From an uncultured Actinomycetota bacterium (lineage in GTDB: Bacteria; Actinomycetota; Actinomycetes; Propionibacteriales; Nocardioidaceae): a stretch of 64,000 nt of DNA. Below the pieces are notes generated by a model that saw nothing but the letters and a program-made list of their open reading frames with translations, made no database searches and was not told the origin of the DNA. Below, one piece after another: positions 51,931 to 63,627 of the stretch (position 1 is the first letter of the stretch; the number at the start of each line of letters is the position of its first letter). Location: contig CAWIWO010000016.1 of assembly GCA_963839835.1 (NCBI GenBank), forward strand, positions 10,573 through 74,572, given 5' to 3'. The position numbers were made by a program, and so were the translations under genes.

Positions 51931-54900
51931 ATGGTGACCGGGAGGGCGGACCCGGGCGGCGAGCTCTCGCCGGTCGCACTGGAGCTGCGCGTCCACGGCG
52001 TGCACAACACCCCGCCCACGTCGATGCTCGGCATCGAGAAGGGTGACCTGGCCCAGGTGGCCGGTGACGGGCTGACCGGCTTCTACCGCTCCCGCAGCGG
52101 CCAGCTGCCGTACCGCCAGCCGAAGCCCGGGCTCGCCGTCGAGGCGTACTCCTGGGGTGCCCTGACCAGCGGTGCCCGGGGCCTCTTCGGCTGGGTGCAG
52201 CGGGCGCTGTGGCTGCTCCTCCTGCCGTTCGCCCTGGCGAACATGGCCTACTGGGCCCGGCTCGGCCTCGGCAAGGGACGGCCCGACAGCCGCCTGGGAG
52301 CCTCCGCGGTCAGGGTGTCCTCGCTGCTGCTGACTGTGTTCTTCGTGGTGATCGCGGCGACCGTCTTCGTGGACCTCGTCGGGTGGCAGTGCTACCGCGG
52401 TGGGAGTCCCGCGTGCCCGGGAGTCCCGTCGTGGTTCGACTGGATGGGTCGCCGAACGCCGGGACAGCGACTGGCGGTCGGTGCCACCGGTCCGTTGCTG
52501 ATGGTGCTCGTCTTCGTGCTGCTCACCAACAAGACGCTCTCGCGCTACGAGGCCACCGCCGACCCTCTGCGCAGCGACCTGGGCGCGCCGCGCCGTCATG
52601 ACCAGCGCGACCCCGACGGCGCAGCCGCGGACACCCGGCCCGAGGGCCAGGTGCTGCTGCATCCGGACCTGTGGAACGGGGTGGTGCGCACCAAGGTGTT
52701 GCGTGACGCGCACCTGGCCGCCGCGATGGCCACCGTGGTCGCGTTCGTCGGGTGGCACGTCCTGCGCGTGTGGCAGGGCGACTCCTGGGTGGAGACGACC
52801 GTGGCGGTGCTCGTCGGCCTCGCCCTGGCTGTGCTCGCGCTGGCGATCGGTACCGCGAGCAGCACCCTTCCCGGCGACGTGGAGCGACAGCTGCTCGGTG
52901 CCGAGAACGACTCGAGGTCGCTGTGGGCCAGGCGTGGCGCGGTCCTGACCACCCTGGCCGGGCTCCTGACCGTGGTGCTGCTCGGCGTGCTCGCGTTCGC
53001 GCCGCCGGACGCCTTCGACGAGCTCCAGGACTACTTCGGCCGCAACGCGTGGTTCGTGGTGCTGTTCCTGGTCCTGACCACGTTGCACCTGTGCGTCTTC
53101 GCCGGCGGCCGCCTGGAGGGAGCGCTGCGCATCGTGGTGCCGCTGGGTGTGGCCGCCCTCCTGGTGGCTGCGTCCCTGGTGGTCTATCTCCCGGTGTGGC
53201 GCACCGGCGGTGGGACGAGCGGCCCGGACGGCTCCGTGGTGTCGATCGTGCTGCTCGTGGTGCTGGCAGCCTTCGCCGTGCTCGCCATCTGGCACTACTC
53301 CCTGGCGCGGGACAGCCGCGTGAACGCGGAGCAGGAGCAGGCTGGCCACGGCACCGCCTCCGAGCGGGACCGAACCCTGGCACGCAGCGCGTTCGCCGGC
53401 GCCGGCGCCTCCGTGCTGCTGGCGGCAGGGGCCTGGACGGCGCTGCTGTTCGCGACAGCGGCGGTGATCGGAGCCGCCAACGTGCTCAACGGGAGCGCTC
53501 CGGTCACCACGCTCGAGACCAGCCTCCCGCGTTCGGAGCTGCCTGCGCCGGTACCGGCGGGCGACCAGGCGGCCACCAGGCCGGACCTCACCGTCAGTGG
53601 TCGCGTCGTCGTCTCCGGCGCCGTGTACGGCATGGACGCCGCCGGACGTCTGGTCGTCTACTCGGGCACGGTGCGGGTGACCTCTGCCTGGCGCGGTGAC
53701 CCGCTCTCCGGCCGGGCCCCCCTCCAGGCCGTTCCGGAGGGCAAGACCCTGCAGGTCGCCAAGGTGGCCCTCCCCGGCGAGCACGTCGAGGTCGACAACA
53801 GCTGCGACTACACCGCCGTGCCACCGCGGCAGCGCCTCCTGGGGCGCGCCGGCAGCTACGTGTGCCAGCAGGGTGGGCCGGACTTCCACAAGGCGGCTTC
53901 GCTCACGGTGCCCACGCGAGTGCTCTCGGTGAACGCGCCGACGACCACGGTGCAGCTGGCGTTGACGCGGCCCGGCTACACCCCGCTCGTCGTGCCCCAG
54001 GTGATGGTGTGGGCGCCGCTTGCCCAGACCCTGTGGCTGGTGCTCCTCGCCGTGGCCGTGCTCTGGTGCCTGTGGCTCTTCCGGAGAGCCGGGAGGCAGG
54101 TCCGTGGTGACCCGGTCGCGTACGCCGGGATACCGGAGTGGGACCGCCCGGCCGCACAGCGCACACGGGTGACCGCGGCCTTCGCCCACCGGGCGGAGCG
54201 GATCCTGGACGTGGTCGGCTTCGTCACCTCGCCAGTGGCTCTAGCCCTGATCGTCGCCTCGTCGATGGGCAAGGCCCCGTGGGAGGTGATCCCGGGCATC
54301 CGCCTGCTGGCCGACGTGTCGCTCTACGTGGTCATCGGGGCGGCCGCGCTGCTGGTCCTGCTCGGCAGCAGGATCCGCACCTCGGACTCCGCACGCCGCG
54401 CCGTCGGCGTGATCTGGGACCTGGCGACGTTCTGGCCACGCGCGGCACACCCCTTCTCGCCGCCGTGCTACTCCGAGCGGATCGTGCCGGAGATCACCGT
54501 CCGGGTGAGGTGGGCGCTCGAGGTGTCCGGCACGCGCTGCGTGGTCCTCTCCGGCCACAGCCAGGGATCGCTGGTCGTGACCACGGTGGCCGCGCGGATG
54601 CCCCGGCTGGACCGGATCCGGCTGATCACCTACGGCAGCCAGGTCCGAGCCCTGTACGGGAGGTTCTTCCCGTCCGTCTTCGGCCCCGAGGTGGTCGGGT
54701 ACGTGAGCACGACCGGGCCCTCCCTGCTCGGTCGTGCCGAGCCGGACCTCCAGACGTCGGTGGATCCTGCTGCCGTGCCCGCTCCGCAGGCACCGGCCGG
54801 GAGCGTGCGTGGGCGGCTGGTGGCAGACACCGACTGGGTGAACCTGTTCCGCCGGACCGACCCGCTCGGCTTCCGGGTCTTCTCCGACCTCGACTCGTGC

Positions 54901-55083
54901 GTCGACGTACCCACGCTCGAGGTCCCCAGAGAACCCATGGGAGACCCAGGCCCGCCCGTGAAGGGGCACAGCGACTACCAGCACTCGCCGGAGTACCGCC
55001 TGCACCTGGGGGGATGGACGCAGGAGGAGCTTGTCGGCTACCCGGGCAGCACGACCGGGGTGCAGCCGCTCCCGCCGCCGTGA
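51931..55083 (+). CDS. Large polytopic membrane protein with split alpha/beta-hydrolase domain
   Basis: N-terminal ELRVHGV and EAYSWG; many TM helices; C-terminal SGHSQGS, TYGS, NLFRRTDPLG, GHSDY. Confidence 0.8.
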   Translation: MVTGRADPGGELSPVALELRVHGVHNTPPTSMLGIEKGDLAQVAGDGLTGFYRSRSGQLPYRQPKPGLAVEAYSWGALTSGARGLFGWVQRALWLLLLPFALANMAYWARLGLGKGRPDSRLGASAVRVSSLLLTVFFVVIAATVFVDLVGWQCYRGGSPACPGVPSWFDWMGRRTPGQRLAVGATGPLLMVLVFVLLTNKTLSRYEATADPLRSDLGAPRRHDQRDPDGAAADTRPEGQVLLHPDLWNGVVRTKVLRDAHLAAAMATVVAFVGWHVLRVWQGDSWVETTVAVLVGLALAVLALAIGTASSTLPGDVERQLLGAENDSRSLWARRGAVLTTLAGLLTVVLLGVLAFAPPDAFDELQDYFGRNAWFVVLFLVLTTLHLCVFAGGRLEGALRIVVPLGVAALLVAASLVVYLPVWRTGGGTSGPDGSVVSIVLLVVLAAFAVLAIWHYSLARDSRVNAEQEQAGHGTASERDRTLARSAFAGAGASVLLAAGAWTALLFATAAVIGAANVLNGSAPVTTLETSLPRSELPAPVPAGDQAATRPDLTVSGRVVVSGAVYGMDAAGRLVVYSGTVRVTSAWRGDPLSGRAPLQAVPEGKTLQVAKVALPGEHVEVDNSCDYTAVPPRQRLLGRAGSYVCQQGGPDFHKAASLTVPTRVLSVNAPTTTVQLALTRPGYTPLVVPQVMVWAPLAQTLWLVLLAVAVLWCLWLFRRAGRQVRGDPVAYAGIPEWDRPAAQRTRVTAAFAHRAERILDVVGFVTSPVALALIVASSMGKAPWEVIPGIRLLADVSLYVVIGAAALLVLLGSRIRTSDSARRAVGVIWDLATFWPRAAHPFSPPCYSERIVPEITVRVRWALEVSGTRCVVLSGHSQGSLVVTTVAARMPRLDRIRLITYGSQVRALYGRFFPSVFGPEVVGYVSTTGPSLLGRAEPDLQTSVDPAAVPAPQAPAGSVRGRLVADTDWVNLFRRTDPLGFRVFSDLDSCVDVPTLEVPREPMGDPGPPVKGHSDYQHSPEYRLHLGGWTQEELVGYPGSTTGVQPLPPP

Positions 55084-55102
55084 CGGCCCCCTGCGGGACC
55101 GG

Positions 55103-56290
55103 TCAGGTCAACGAGCGGTAGATCCCCAGCGTCTGCTCGGCGATCGCAGGCCAGCTGAACGACTCCTGGGCCCGCTCGCGTCCGGCCCGGCCCATCTCCC
55201 TCGCGTGATCCGGGTCGGCGACGGCATCGACGAGGGCGTCGGCCAGGTCGGCGACGTAGCGCTCCGGGTCCAGGGGAGTGCCGGTGCCGTCGGTGGCCTG
55301 CTCGATGGGGACGAGCCAACCCGTCTGCCCGTCGACGACGACCTCGGGGATCCCGCCGGTCGCCGTCGCCACCACCGCGGTCTCGCAGGCCATCGCCTCG
55401 AGGTTGACGATGCCCAGCGGCTCGTAGATCGAGGGACAGGCGAACACCGTGGCCGCCGTCAGCAGCGCGACCACGTCTGGCCGGGGAAGCATCTCGTCGA
55501 TCCACACCACCCCGTCGCGCTCGGCAGCGAGGCCCGCGACGAGACCGCTCACCTCCGCGGCGATCTCCTCGGTGTCCGGGGCACCGGCGCAGAGCACGAG
55601 CTGTACGTCGGGAGGCAGCTGCGCCGCCGCGCGGAGGAACAGCGGCAGGCCCTTCTGCCGGGTGATCCTGCCGACGAAGATGACGCTCGGCCGGTCGGGG
55701 TCCACGCCCAGCTCGCGGCACCGGTCGGGGTTCTCGACCGGGGACCAGTCGTCGGTGTCGATGCCGTTGTGCACGACGTGGACGCGTGCGGGATCCGCGT
55801 CGGGGTAGCTGCGACGGACGTCCTGCGCCATCGCCGCGCTGACCGCGATGATCCCGTCGGCCGCCTCGTAGGCCGTCTTCTCCACCCAGCTGGACACGGC
55901 GTACCCGCCGCCGAGCTGCTCGGCCTTCCACGGCCGCATCGGCTCGAGGCTGTGCGCCGAGACGACGTGCGGGACGTCGTGCAGCAGCTTGGCCAGGTGC
56001 CCGGCCATGTTGGCGTACCAGGTGTGGGAGTGCACGAGGTCCGCCCCGGCACAGCCGCCGACCATCTCCAGGTCGACGCCCAGGGTGCGGATGGCGGCGT
56101 TGGCGTCGGCGAGTCCGGGTGGGTCGGCGTACGACGTGGTGCCCGCCTCCTGCCGGGGGGCGCCGAAGGCGTGCACCCTGGCGTCGATGCCGTCCACTGC
56201 CCGCAGCGCTCGCACCAGCTCGGCGACGTGTACCCCGGCGCCGCCGTACACCTCGGGCGGGTACTCCCGCGACAGCACGTCGATGCGCAT
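55103..56290 (-). CDS. glgA: Actinobacterial GlgA/GlgM glycosyltransferase (maltose-1-phosphate synthase type)
   Basis: REYPPEVYGGAGVH, HSHTWY, GRITRQKG, YEPLGIVNLEAMAC; divergent from glgC. Confidence 0.95.
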   Translation of the reverse strand: MRIDVLSREYPPEVYGGAGVHVAELVRALRAVDGIDARVHAFGAPRQEAGTTSYADPPGLADANAAIRTLGVDLEMVGGCAGADLVHSHTWYANMAGHLAKLLHDVPHVVSAHSLEPMRPWKAEQLGGGYAVSSWVEKTAYEAADGIIAVSAAMAQDVRRSYPDADPARVHVVHNGIDTDDWSPVENPDRCRELGVDPDRPSVIFVGRITRQKGLPLFLRAAAQLPPDVQLVLCAGAPDTEEIAAEVSGLVAGLAAERDGVVWIDEMLPRPDVVALLTAATVFACPSIYEPLGIVNLEAMACETAVVATATGGIPEVVVDGQTGWLVPIEQATDGTGTPLDPERYVADLADALVDAVADPDHAREMGRAGRERAQESFSWPAIAEQTLGIYRSLT

Positions 56291-56338
56291 CCCCACACGT
56301 TAGTAGCGGCCGTGTGACACGCGACACTAGGTTCGGGT

Positions 56339-56424
56339 ACATGAGCGAGCGGAGCGAGCGAATCATCAAGTGCAGCGTGCATCGTGCCTCATGGCGCACG
56401 GAGCGAAGCGAGTACGCACATGAG
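56339..56424 (+). repeat. Small MIRU-like interspersed element at the glgC start
   Basis: ATGAGCGAGCGGAGCGAGCGAATCATCA...GGAGCGAAGCGAG; ACATGAG present at both ends (56339-56345, 56418-56424). Confidence 0.6.
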
Positions 56425-57672
56425 TGTCGTGGCTCCCACAAGGAAGAACGTGCTGGCGGTCGTCCTCGCCGGGGGTGAGGGCAAACGGCTGATGCCGCTC
56501 ACCGCAGATCGCGCCAAGCCGGCGGTGCCGTTCGGCGGGATCTACCGGCTGATCGACTTCGCGCTGTCCAACGTCGTCAACTCCGGCTACCTGCGCGTGG
56601 TCGTGCTGACGCAGTACAAGTCGCACAGCCTGGACCGGCACGTCACCACGACGTGGCGGATGTCGACCCTGCTGGGCAACTACGTGACGCCGGTGCCGGC
56701 GCAGCAGCGGGTGGGCAAGCGGTGGTACCTCGGCAGTGCCGATGCCATCTTCCAGTCGCTCAACCTGCTCACCGACGAGCGGCCCGACATCGTCGTGGTG
56801 GTCGGCGCCGACCACGTCTACCGGATGGACTTCAGCCAGATGCTCGACCACCACGTGGAGACAGGTGCGGCCTGCACCGTGGCCGCGATCAGGCAGCCGA
56901 TCGAGCTGGCCGACCAGTTCGGCGTGATCGACGTCGACCCGAAGGCGCCCGCCCAGATCCGGGCCTTCCTGGAGAAGCCCAAGGACCCGGTCGGGCTGCC
57001 GGACTCGCCGCAGGAGGTGCTGGCCTCGATGGGCAACTACATCTTCGACGCCGACGCGCTGCAGGACGCCGTCACCCGTGACGCGGACCGCGAGCGCTCC
57101 AAGCACGACATGGGCGGCGACATCGTGCCGTGGTTCGTCGACCGCACCGAGTCGGCCGTCTACGACTTCAAGGACAACGCGATGCCCGGCTCCAACGACC
57201 GCGACCGCGGCTACTGGCGTGACGTCGGGACGATGCGCTCCTACTACGCGGCCCACATGGACCTGGTCGCGCCGCTCCCCGTGTTCAACCTCTACAACAC
57301 CCAGTGGCCGATCTACACCAACTACGGTCCGCTGCCGCCCGCCAAGCTCGTCGAGGGCGAGAAGGGCAGAGCCGTGAAGACCTTCAACTCCATCCTCTCG
57401 CCGGGAGTCGTGGTCACCGGGGGCGAGGTCAACCAGTCGGTGCTCTCGCCGTCGTGCCGGGTGGAGTCCGGGGCCGAGGTCTCCGACTCCGTGCTGCTCT
57501 CCGGTGTCCGGGTCGGCCCCGGTGCCGTCGTACGCAACGCGATCCTGGACAAGAACGTGGTGGTGCCGCCCGGGGTCGAGATCGGGGTCGATCCCGCGGC
57601 CGACCAGGAGCGCGGCTTCGCCGTCGAGGACGGGCTCACGGTGCTTGCCAAGGGCCAGGAGGTGCCGTCGGC

Positions 57673-57676
<4 letters not shown>
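56420..57676 (+). CDS. glgC: Glucose-1-phosphate adenylyltransferase
   Basis: [49 protein letters not shown]. Confidence 0.97.
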
Positions 57677-59322
<1,646 letters not shown>

Positions 59323-59325
59323 AGT

Positions 59326-59415
59326 TCGTAAACGCGCGGACACAAGTCTGTCTCGGCGTACCGCCTCACGCGGCGCACCTCGTACAGCGGCGAGCTTGTG
59401 TCCGCGCGTCTACGA
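59326..59415. repeat. REPIN-like inverted repeat pair (left flank of the DUF559 gene)
   Basis: TCGTAAACGCGCGGACACAAG (59326-59346) and CTTGTGTCCGCGCGTCTACGA (59395-59415). Confidence 0.85.
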
Positions 59416-60250
59416 CGCTGCGGAGCACCTCGCGGACGTACTGCTGGTCGTACATCACGTCCTCCCAGGCGAACCGCAGCACGATCCAGCCGTCGGCGAC
59501 GAGCAGGTTGAAGCGTTTCGCATCCCTCTTGAGAGCTGCCCGGTCGCCGTGCCACGCAAAGGACTCCGCCTCCAGGACGATTCTCAGGCGCGCGTCGACG
59601 AGATCAGGTCGGACGTTCTGCTTCGCGTTGACGATCCACTGTTGTGGCTCGACGTTCAGGCCCTCGACCTGGAGCGCGATCCAGCGCAGGCACGACTCGA
59701 ACGGGTTGGCAGCTCGAGCATCTGCCTGCCGCACAACGGCAAGGATCCTCGGCCGGCCGCGTCCGCGCGCGGTGGAACCGATGTCGTCAAGCACCCTGCG
59801 TCGTACGCCATGCCGCAGCGCCGAGTCCCCGATCGCCAACGCCTCGTCGGGCGGCAACGTGCGCAGGCAGTCGAGGAGTGTTCGTCGAGGTGATGTGCAG
59901 ATGCGGTCGACGACGTCCTCCGGCCGAAGATCGGCGTGATGTAGATCGACGCGCGGAGGAGGGCCGAGCCGACGTCGGCGGGGAATGGTCACGTGCGTCT
60001 TTTCTGGAAGCGTCTTGATTTCCCAGCCATGCCACAGTGCCGCGCTCGTATGGCTCAGCACCCCGCGCAACCCGTGGGCCGTCATGAGGTCCAGGTCGAT
60101 GTCCGGCACGCCGTACCGACCGCGTGAGAACCAGAGGATGTCTCCGTGGCGCACCGCCGCGTCGAACTCCGCACGGTTGGTGGCGGCGACGATCGCGGCG
60201 CGCGTGGCGAACCCTCCGTGCCGTCGGAGGAACTGCTCGACCCGGGTCAC
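59366..60250 (-). CDS. AbiEi-like wHTH plus DUF559 (Vsr-like) endonuclease protein
   Basis: N-terminal HGGFATR..RGRY, LSHTSAALWHG; C-terminal FESCLR, EPQ, RPDL..IVLEAESFAWH, RD..RFN.L..GWIVLRFAWEDV. Confidence 0.85.
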   Translation of the reverse strand: MTRVEQFLRRHGGFATRAAIVAATNRAEFDAAVRHGDILWFSRGRYGVPDIDLDLMTAHGLRGVLSHTSAALWHGWEIKTLPEKTHVTIPRRRRLGPPPRVDLHHADLRPEDVVDRICTSPRRTLLDCLRTLPPDEALAIGDSALRHGVRRRVLDDIGSTARGRGRPRILAVVRQADARAANPFESCLRWIALQVEGLNVEPQQWIVNAKQNVRPDLVDARLRIVLEAESFAWHGDRAALKRDAKRFNLLVADGWIVLRFAWEDVMYDQQYVREVLRSVVDARTQARRCTRCAA

Positions 60251-60317
60251 CCGCACACCTTCTCCGCACACCGACCGGCTGTCGAACAACTTTCCACAGG
60301 CACGTGTGGGCGGATCC

Positions 60318-60407
60318 TCGTAAACGCGCGGACACGAGTCCCGCACGCGCGGATGTGCTGAGCGTGCGATCAGCCCGTCGGCGGAACTTGTGACCGCGCG
60401 TTTGCGA
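60318..60407. repeat. REPIN-like inverted repeat pair (right flank of the DUF559 gene)
   Basis: TCGTAAACGCGCGGACACGAG (60318-60338) and CTTGTGACCGCGCGTTTGCGA (60387-60407). Confidence 0.85.
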
Positions 60408-60424
60408 ACGGTCGGCCGCAACCC

Positions 60425-62093
60425 TCAGGCGACGACCGGGGTCGTCCGGTCGACCAGGAAGCGGAGGTCGGTGCCGACCGGGAGGGTGCCGAGAGTGCCG
60501 TTGTAGTCGCCACCGAGCCGGGTCGCGCAGAAGGCGTCCGCGACGGGAGCAGGGGCGAACCGGATCAGCAGGGAGGCCTGCAGGCACGCGGCCATCTGCC
60601 CGGCGAGCCGTCGCGCGGAGACCTCCAGGGAGGCCGCGTCGCCCAGGAGGGTGAGCACCGAGGCGATCGCCTGGTCCAGCCGCGGGTCCTCGCCGCGGGC
60701 GAGCCCGACCTCGGTGAGCCACGCGTCGAGGACCTCGGGCTCACGACCAAGCGCGCGCAGAACGTCGAGAGCGTTGACGTTGCCGGAGCCCTCCCAGATC
60801 GAGTTCAGCGGAGACTCGCGGAACAGCAGCGGCATCCCCGACTCCTCGACGTACCCGTTGCCGCCGAGGCACTCCAGCGCCTCGGCCACCATCATCGGGG
60901 TCCGCTTGCACACCCAGAACTTGGCCAGCGGCAACGCGATCCTGCGCAGCGCGGCCTCGTGCGGGTCGCTGCGGTCGTCCACGGCGCGCAGCGAGCCGGA
61001 TCGCGAGCGCCGTCGCCGCCTCCGACTCCACTGCGAGGTCGGCGATCACGTTCTGCATCAGCGGCTTGTCGGCGAGCAGGCCGCCGAACGCGGAGCGGTG
61101 GGACACGTGCCAGGACGCCTCGGCCAGCGACTTGCGCATCAACGACGCCGACCCGAGCACGCAGTCCAGACGGGTCGCGGCCACCATGTCGATGATCGTC
61201 CGCACGCCGCGGCCCTCGTCGCCGAGGCGCTGCGCCCAGGTGCCGTGGAACTCCAGCTCCGCGGAGGCGTTGGAGCGGTTGCCCAGCTTGTCCTTCAGGC
61301 GTACGACGTCGAGCCGGTTGCGCTCCCCGGAAGGCAGCACGCGCGGCACCAGGAAGCAGGAGAGGCCGTCGACGGCCTGGGCGAGGACGAGGAACACGTC
61401 GTTCATCGGCGCGGAGGTGAACCACTTGTGGCCGTGCAGCGTGTACTCGCCGTCCACGGAGGTGGGCTCGGCGGTCGTCTGGTTGGCGCGCACGTCCGAG
61501 CCGCCCTGCTTCTCGGTCATCCCCATGCCGGCGAGGGCCCCGGCCTTCTCGGCGAGCGGCCGCAGGGTGGGGTCGTAGGTGCCCGAGGCGAGCTTGGGGG
61601 TCCACTCCTTGGCCAGGGCGTCATCGGCCCGCAGGGCCGGCACGGCTGCATAGGTCATCGAGACCGGGCAGCCGTGGCCGGGCTCGGTCTGCCAGGCGAA
61701 GAAGCCTGCGGCGCGTCGTACGTGTGCGTGCGGGTCCTCCGACTCCCACGGTGTCGCCGCCAGCCCGTGGCCGACGGCGCGCTCCAGCAACCAGTGCCAC
61801 GCCGGGTGGAAGCGCACCTCGTCGATGCGGTTGCCGTAGCGGTCGAAGGTCACCAGCTCGGGGTGGAACTCGTTGGCGAGCATGCCCTGCTCGCGGGCCA
61901 GCGCGGTGCCGGCCTCGGCGCCGAGCGGCACCAGCGACTCGACCGTCTCCGCCGACGCGTGCCGGGTGACGGCCTCGACCAGCGCGTGGTCGGAGGACAC
62001 GGTGTTGTGTCCCACCAGCGGCGGCGGCTGGTTCCGGGCGTGGCGAGTGTCGTCACTGCCGGGGCCACGACCTGACGGGCTCTGCGCGGACAT
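60425..62093 (-). CDS. Acyl-CoA dehydrogenase (AidB-like), frameshift near 60990
   Basis: NQPPPL, CPVSMTYA, MTEKQGGSDV, GHKWFTS, LKDKLGNRSNAS, ECLGGNGYVE, IWEGSGN. Confidence 0.92.
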
Positions 62094-62111
62094 GGGCCTA
62101 CCGTAGTTGTC

Positions 62112-63174
62112 ATGACGGCCGAAAGCAGTCTGCTCCAACGGGCGCGGACGCTTTCCTGGGACCGCCTCCGCAGCGCTGTGTGGCGGCTCGATCGTCTCCA
62201 CCGTCGGCACCTGCATGCGCAACCGCGTGACCGGCCTGGCCGCCGAGGCGGCCTTCTTCGCCGTCCTGTCGCTGCCGCCGCTGATCTTCGCCCTGGCCGG
62301 ATCGATCGGCTACGTCTTCGAGCGCTTCAGCGACACCCAGATCACCGACGTCCGCAACACGGTGCTCGACCTCGCCCGCCAGGCGCTGACTCCGGACACG
62401 GTCGACAGCATCGTGCGGCCGACGCTGAACGAGGTGCTCGGCGGGGGCCGGTACGACGTGGTGTCGATCGGCTTCATCCTCGCGCTCTGGTCGGGGTCGC
62501 GCGCCCTGAACGTCTTCGTCGACACCATCACGATCATGTACGGCCTGGGTGGCCAGCGCGGCATCCTGCGAACCAGGGCACTCTCGTTCCTGCTGTACGT
62601 GCTGGGGATGCTCACCGGCGTGATCGGGATCCCGCTGGTGGTGGCCGGCCCGACCCTGATCCGCAAGTGGCTGCCCGACCGGTTCGCCTTCCTCAACACC
62701 CTCTACTGGCCGACGGTGCTCGTGCTCGGCATCTTCTTCCTGGCCACGCTGTACCACGTGTCGGTCCCGGTGCGGAACGCCTGGCGGTTCAACCTGCCGG
62801 GTGCGGTGTTCACCATGTTCTGCTGGGTGTTCGGCTCGGCCCTGCTGCGCTGGATCCTGATCGGTACGGCGAAGGGATCCACCTCCATCTACGGTCCGCT
62901 GGCCGCCCCGATCGCGGTGCTGCTGTGGATGTACCTCCTCTCGATCGCGGTGCTGATCGGCGCCGCCCTCAACGCGGCCTTCGACCAGATGTGGCCGCAG
63001 AAGGAGCTGACGACCGCGCGCCTCGAGCGGGTGCGTCGGCTCAAGCTCGAGAACGTGCTGCCGTGGCGCACCTCGCTGGAGCGCGCCGACACCGAGGAGG
63101 ACGCGGAGCCTGCGGAGGAGAAGGTCCCGGTCGAGGACGAGCCCGCGACGCGGGGCAAGCCCGCGGACGGATAA
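62112..63174 (+). CDS. YihY/virulence factor BrkB family membrane protein, frameshift near the 5' end
   Basis: AAEAAFFAVLSLPP, LWSGS, PGA, YGPLAAPIAVLLWMYL..IGAALN. Confidence 0.88.
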
Positions 63175-63231
63175 CCGCATGCGCCGGCACTCGGCGCCGA
63201 CGTACATTCCAGGCATGTCGGAGGTTCTTCG

Positions 63232-63516
63232 TTGACGGCCGCCCCGCTCGCGCGGCCCGAACCCGAGGTCGGGTGTGTGCTGCGCCAGGAGGTCGGGGTG
63301 CTGGTCGTCCTGACCGACGGCGGACCGCTGCGTGCGACGTACGGCGCCCGGATGCTCGCCGCTGTGGCCCGCGACCGTGGGTGCGTCCCCGAGCCGGGGG
63401 AGTGGGTGGCACTGCGACGCTGGTCCGACGGCCCGGTGACTGTCGAGGGGACGGTGTACCGCCCCGCCGCACCCACCAGGCTTGCCCCGGTCGTGGCGCT
63501 GCGCCGGCCCGCCTGA
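63232..63516 (+). CDS. Small hypothetical protein resembling the N-terminal OB domain of RsgA
   Basis: G.VLR...VLVVLTDGGPLRA..PEPGEWVAL; start uncertain. Confidence 0.45.
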   Translation: MTAAPLARPEPEVGCVLRQEVGVLVVLTDGGPLRATYGARMLAAVARDRGCVPEPGEWVALRRWSDGPVTVEGTVYRPAAPTRLAPVVALRRPA

Positions 63517-63627
63517 GGGTCGCTGCCCAGCGGCCACCCCGGCGCGTGCCATGCTCGGGCCGTGGGAAACGTGACCCTGCCGACGACGATGTTCGCCTCG
63601 ATGCGCATCCTCGGCTGAGGACGACCC

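Noticed and set aside
60280-60300. LexA box or DnaA box upstream of the DUF559 gene
   Set aside because: TCGAACAACTTTCCAC matches only half of TCGAAC-n4-GTTCGA, and the DnaA-like match is imperfect and single
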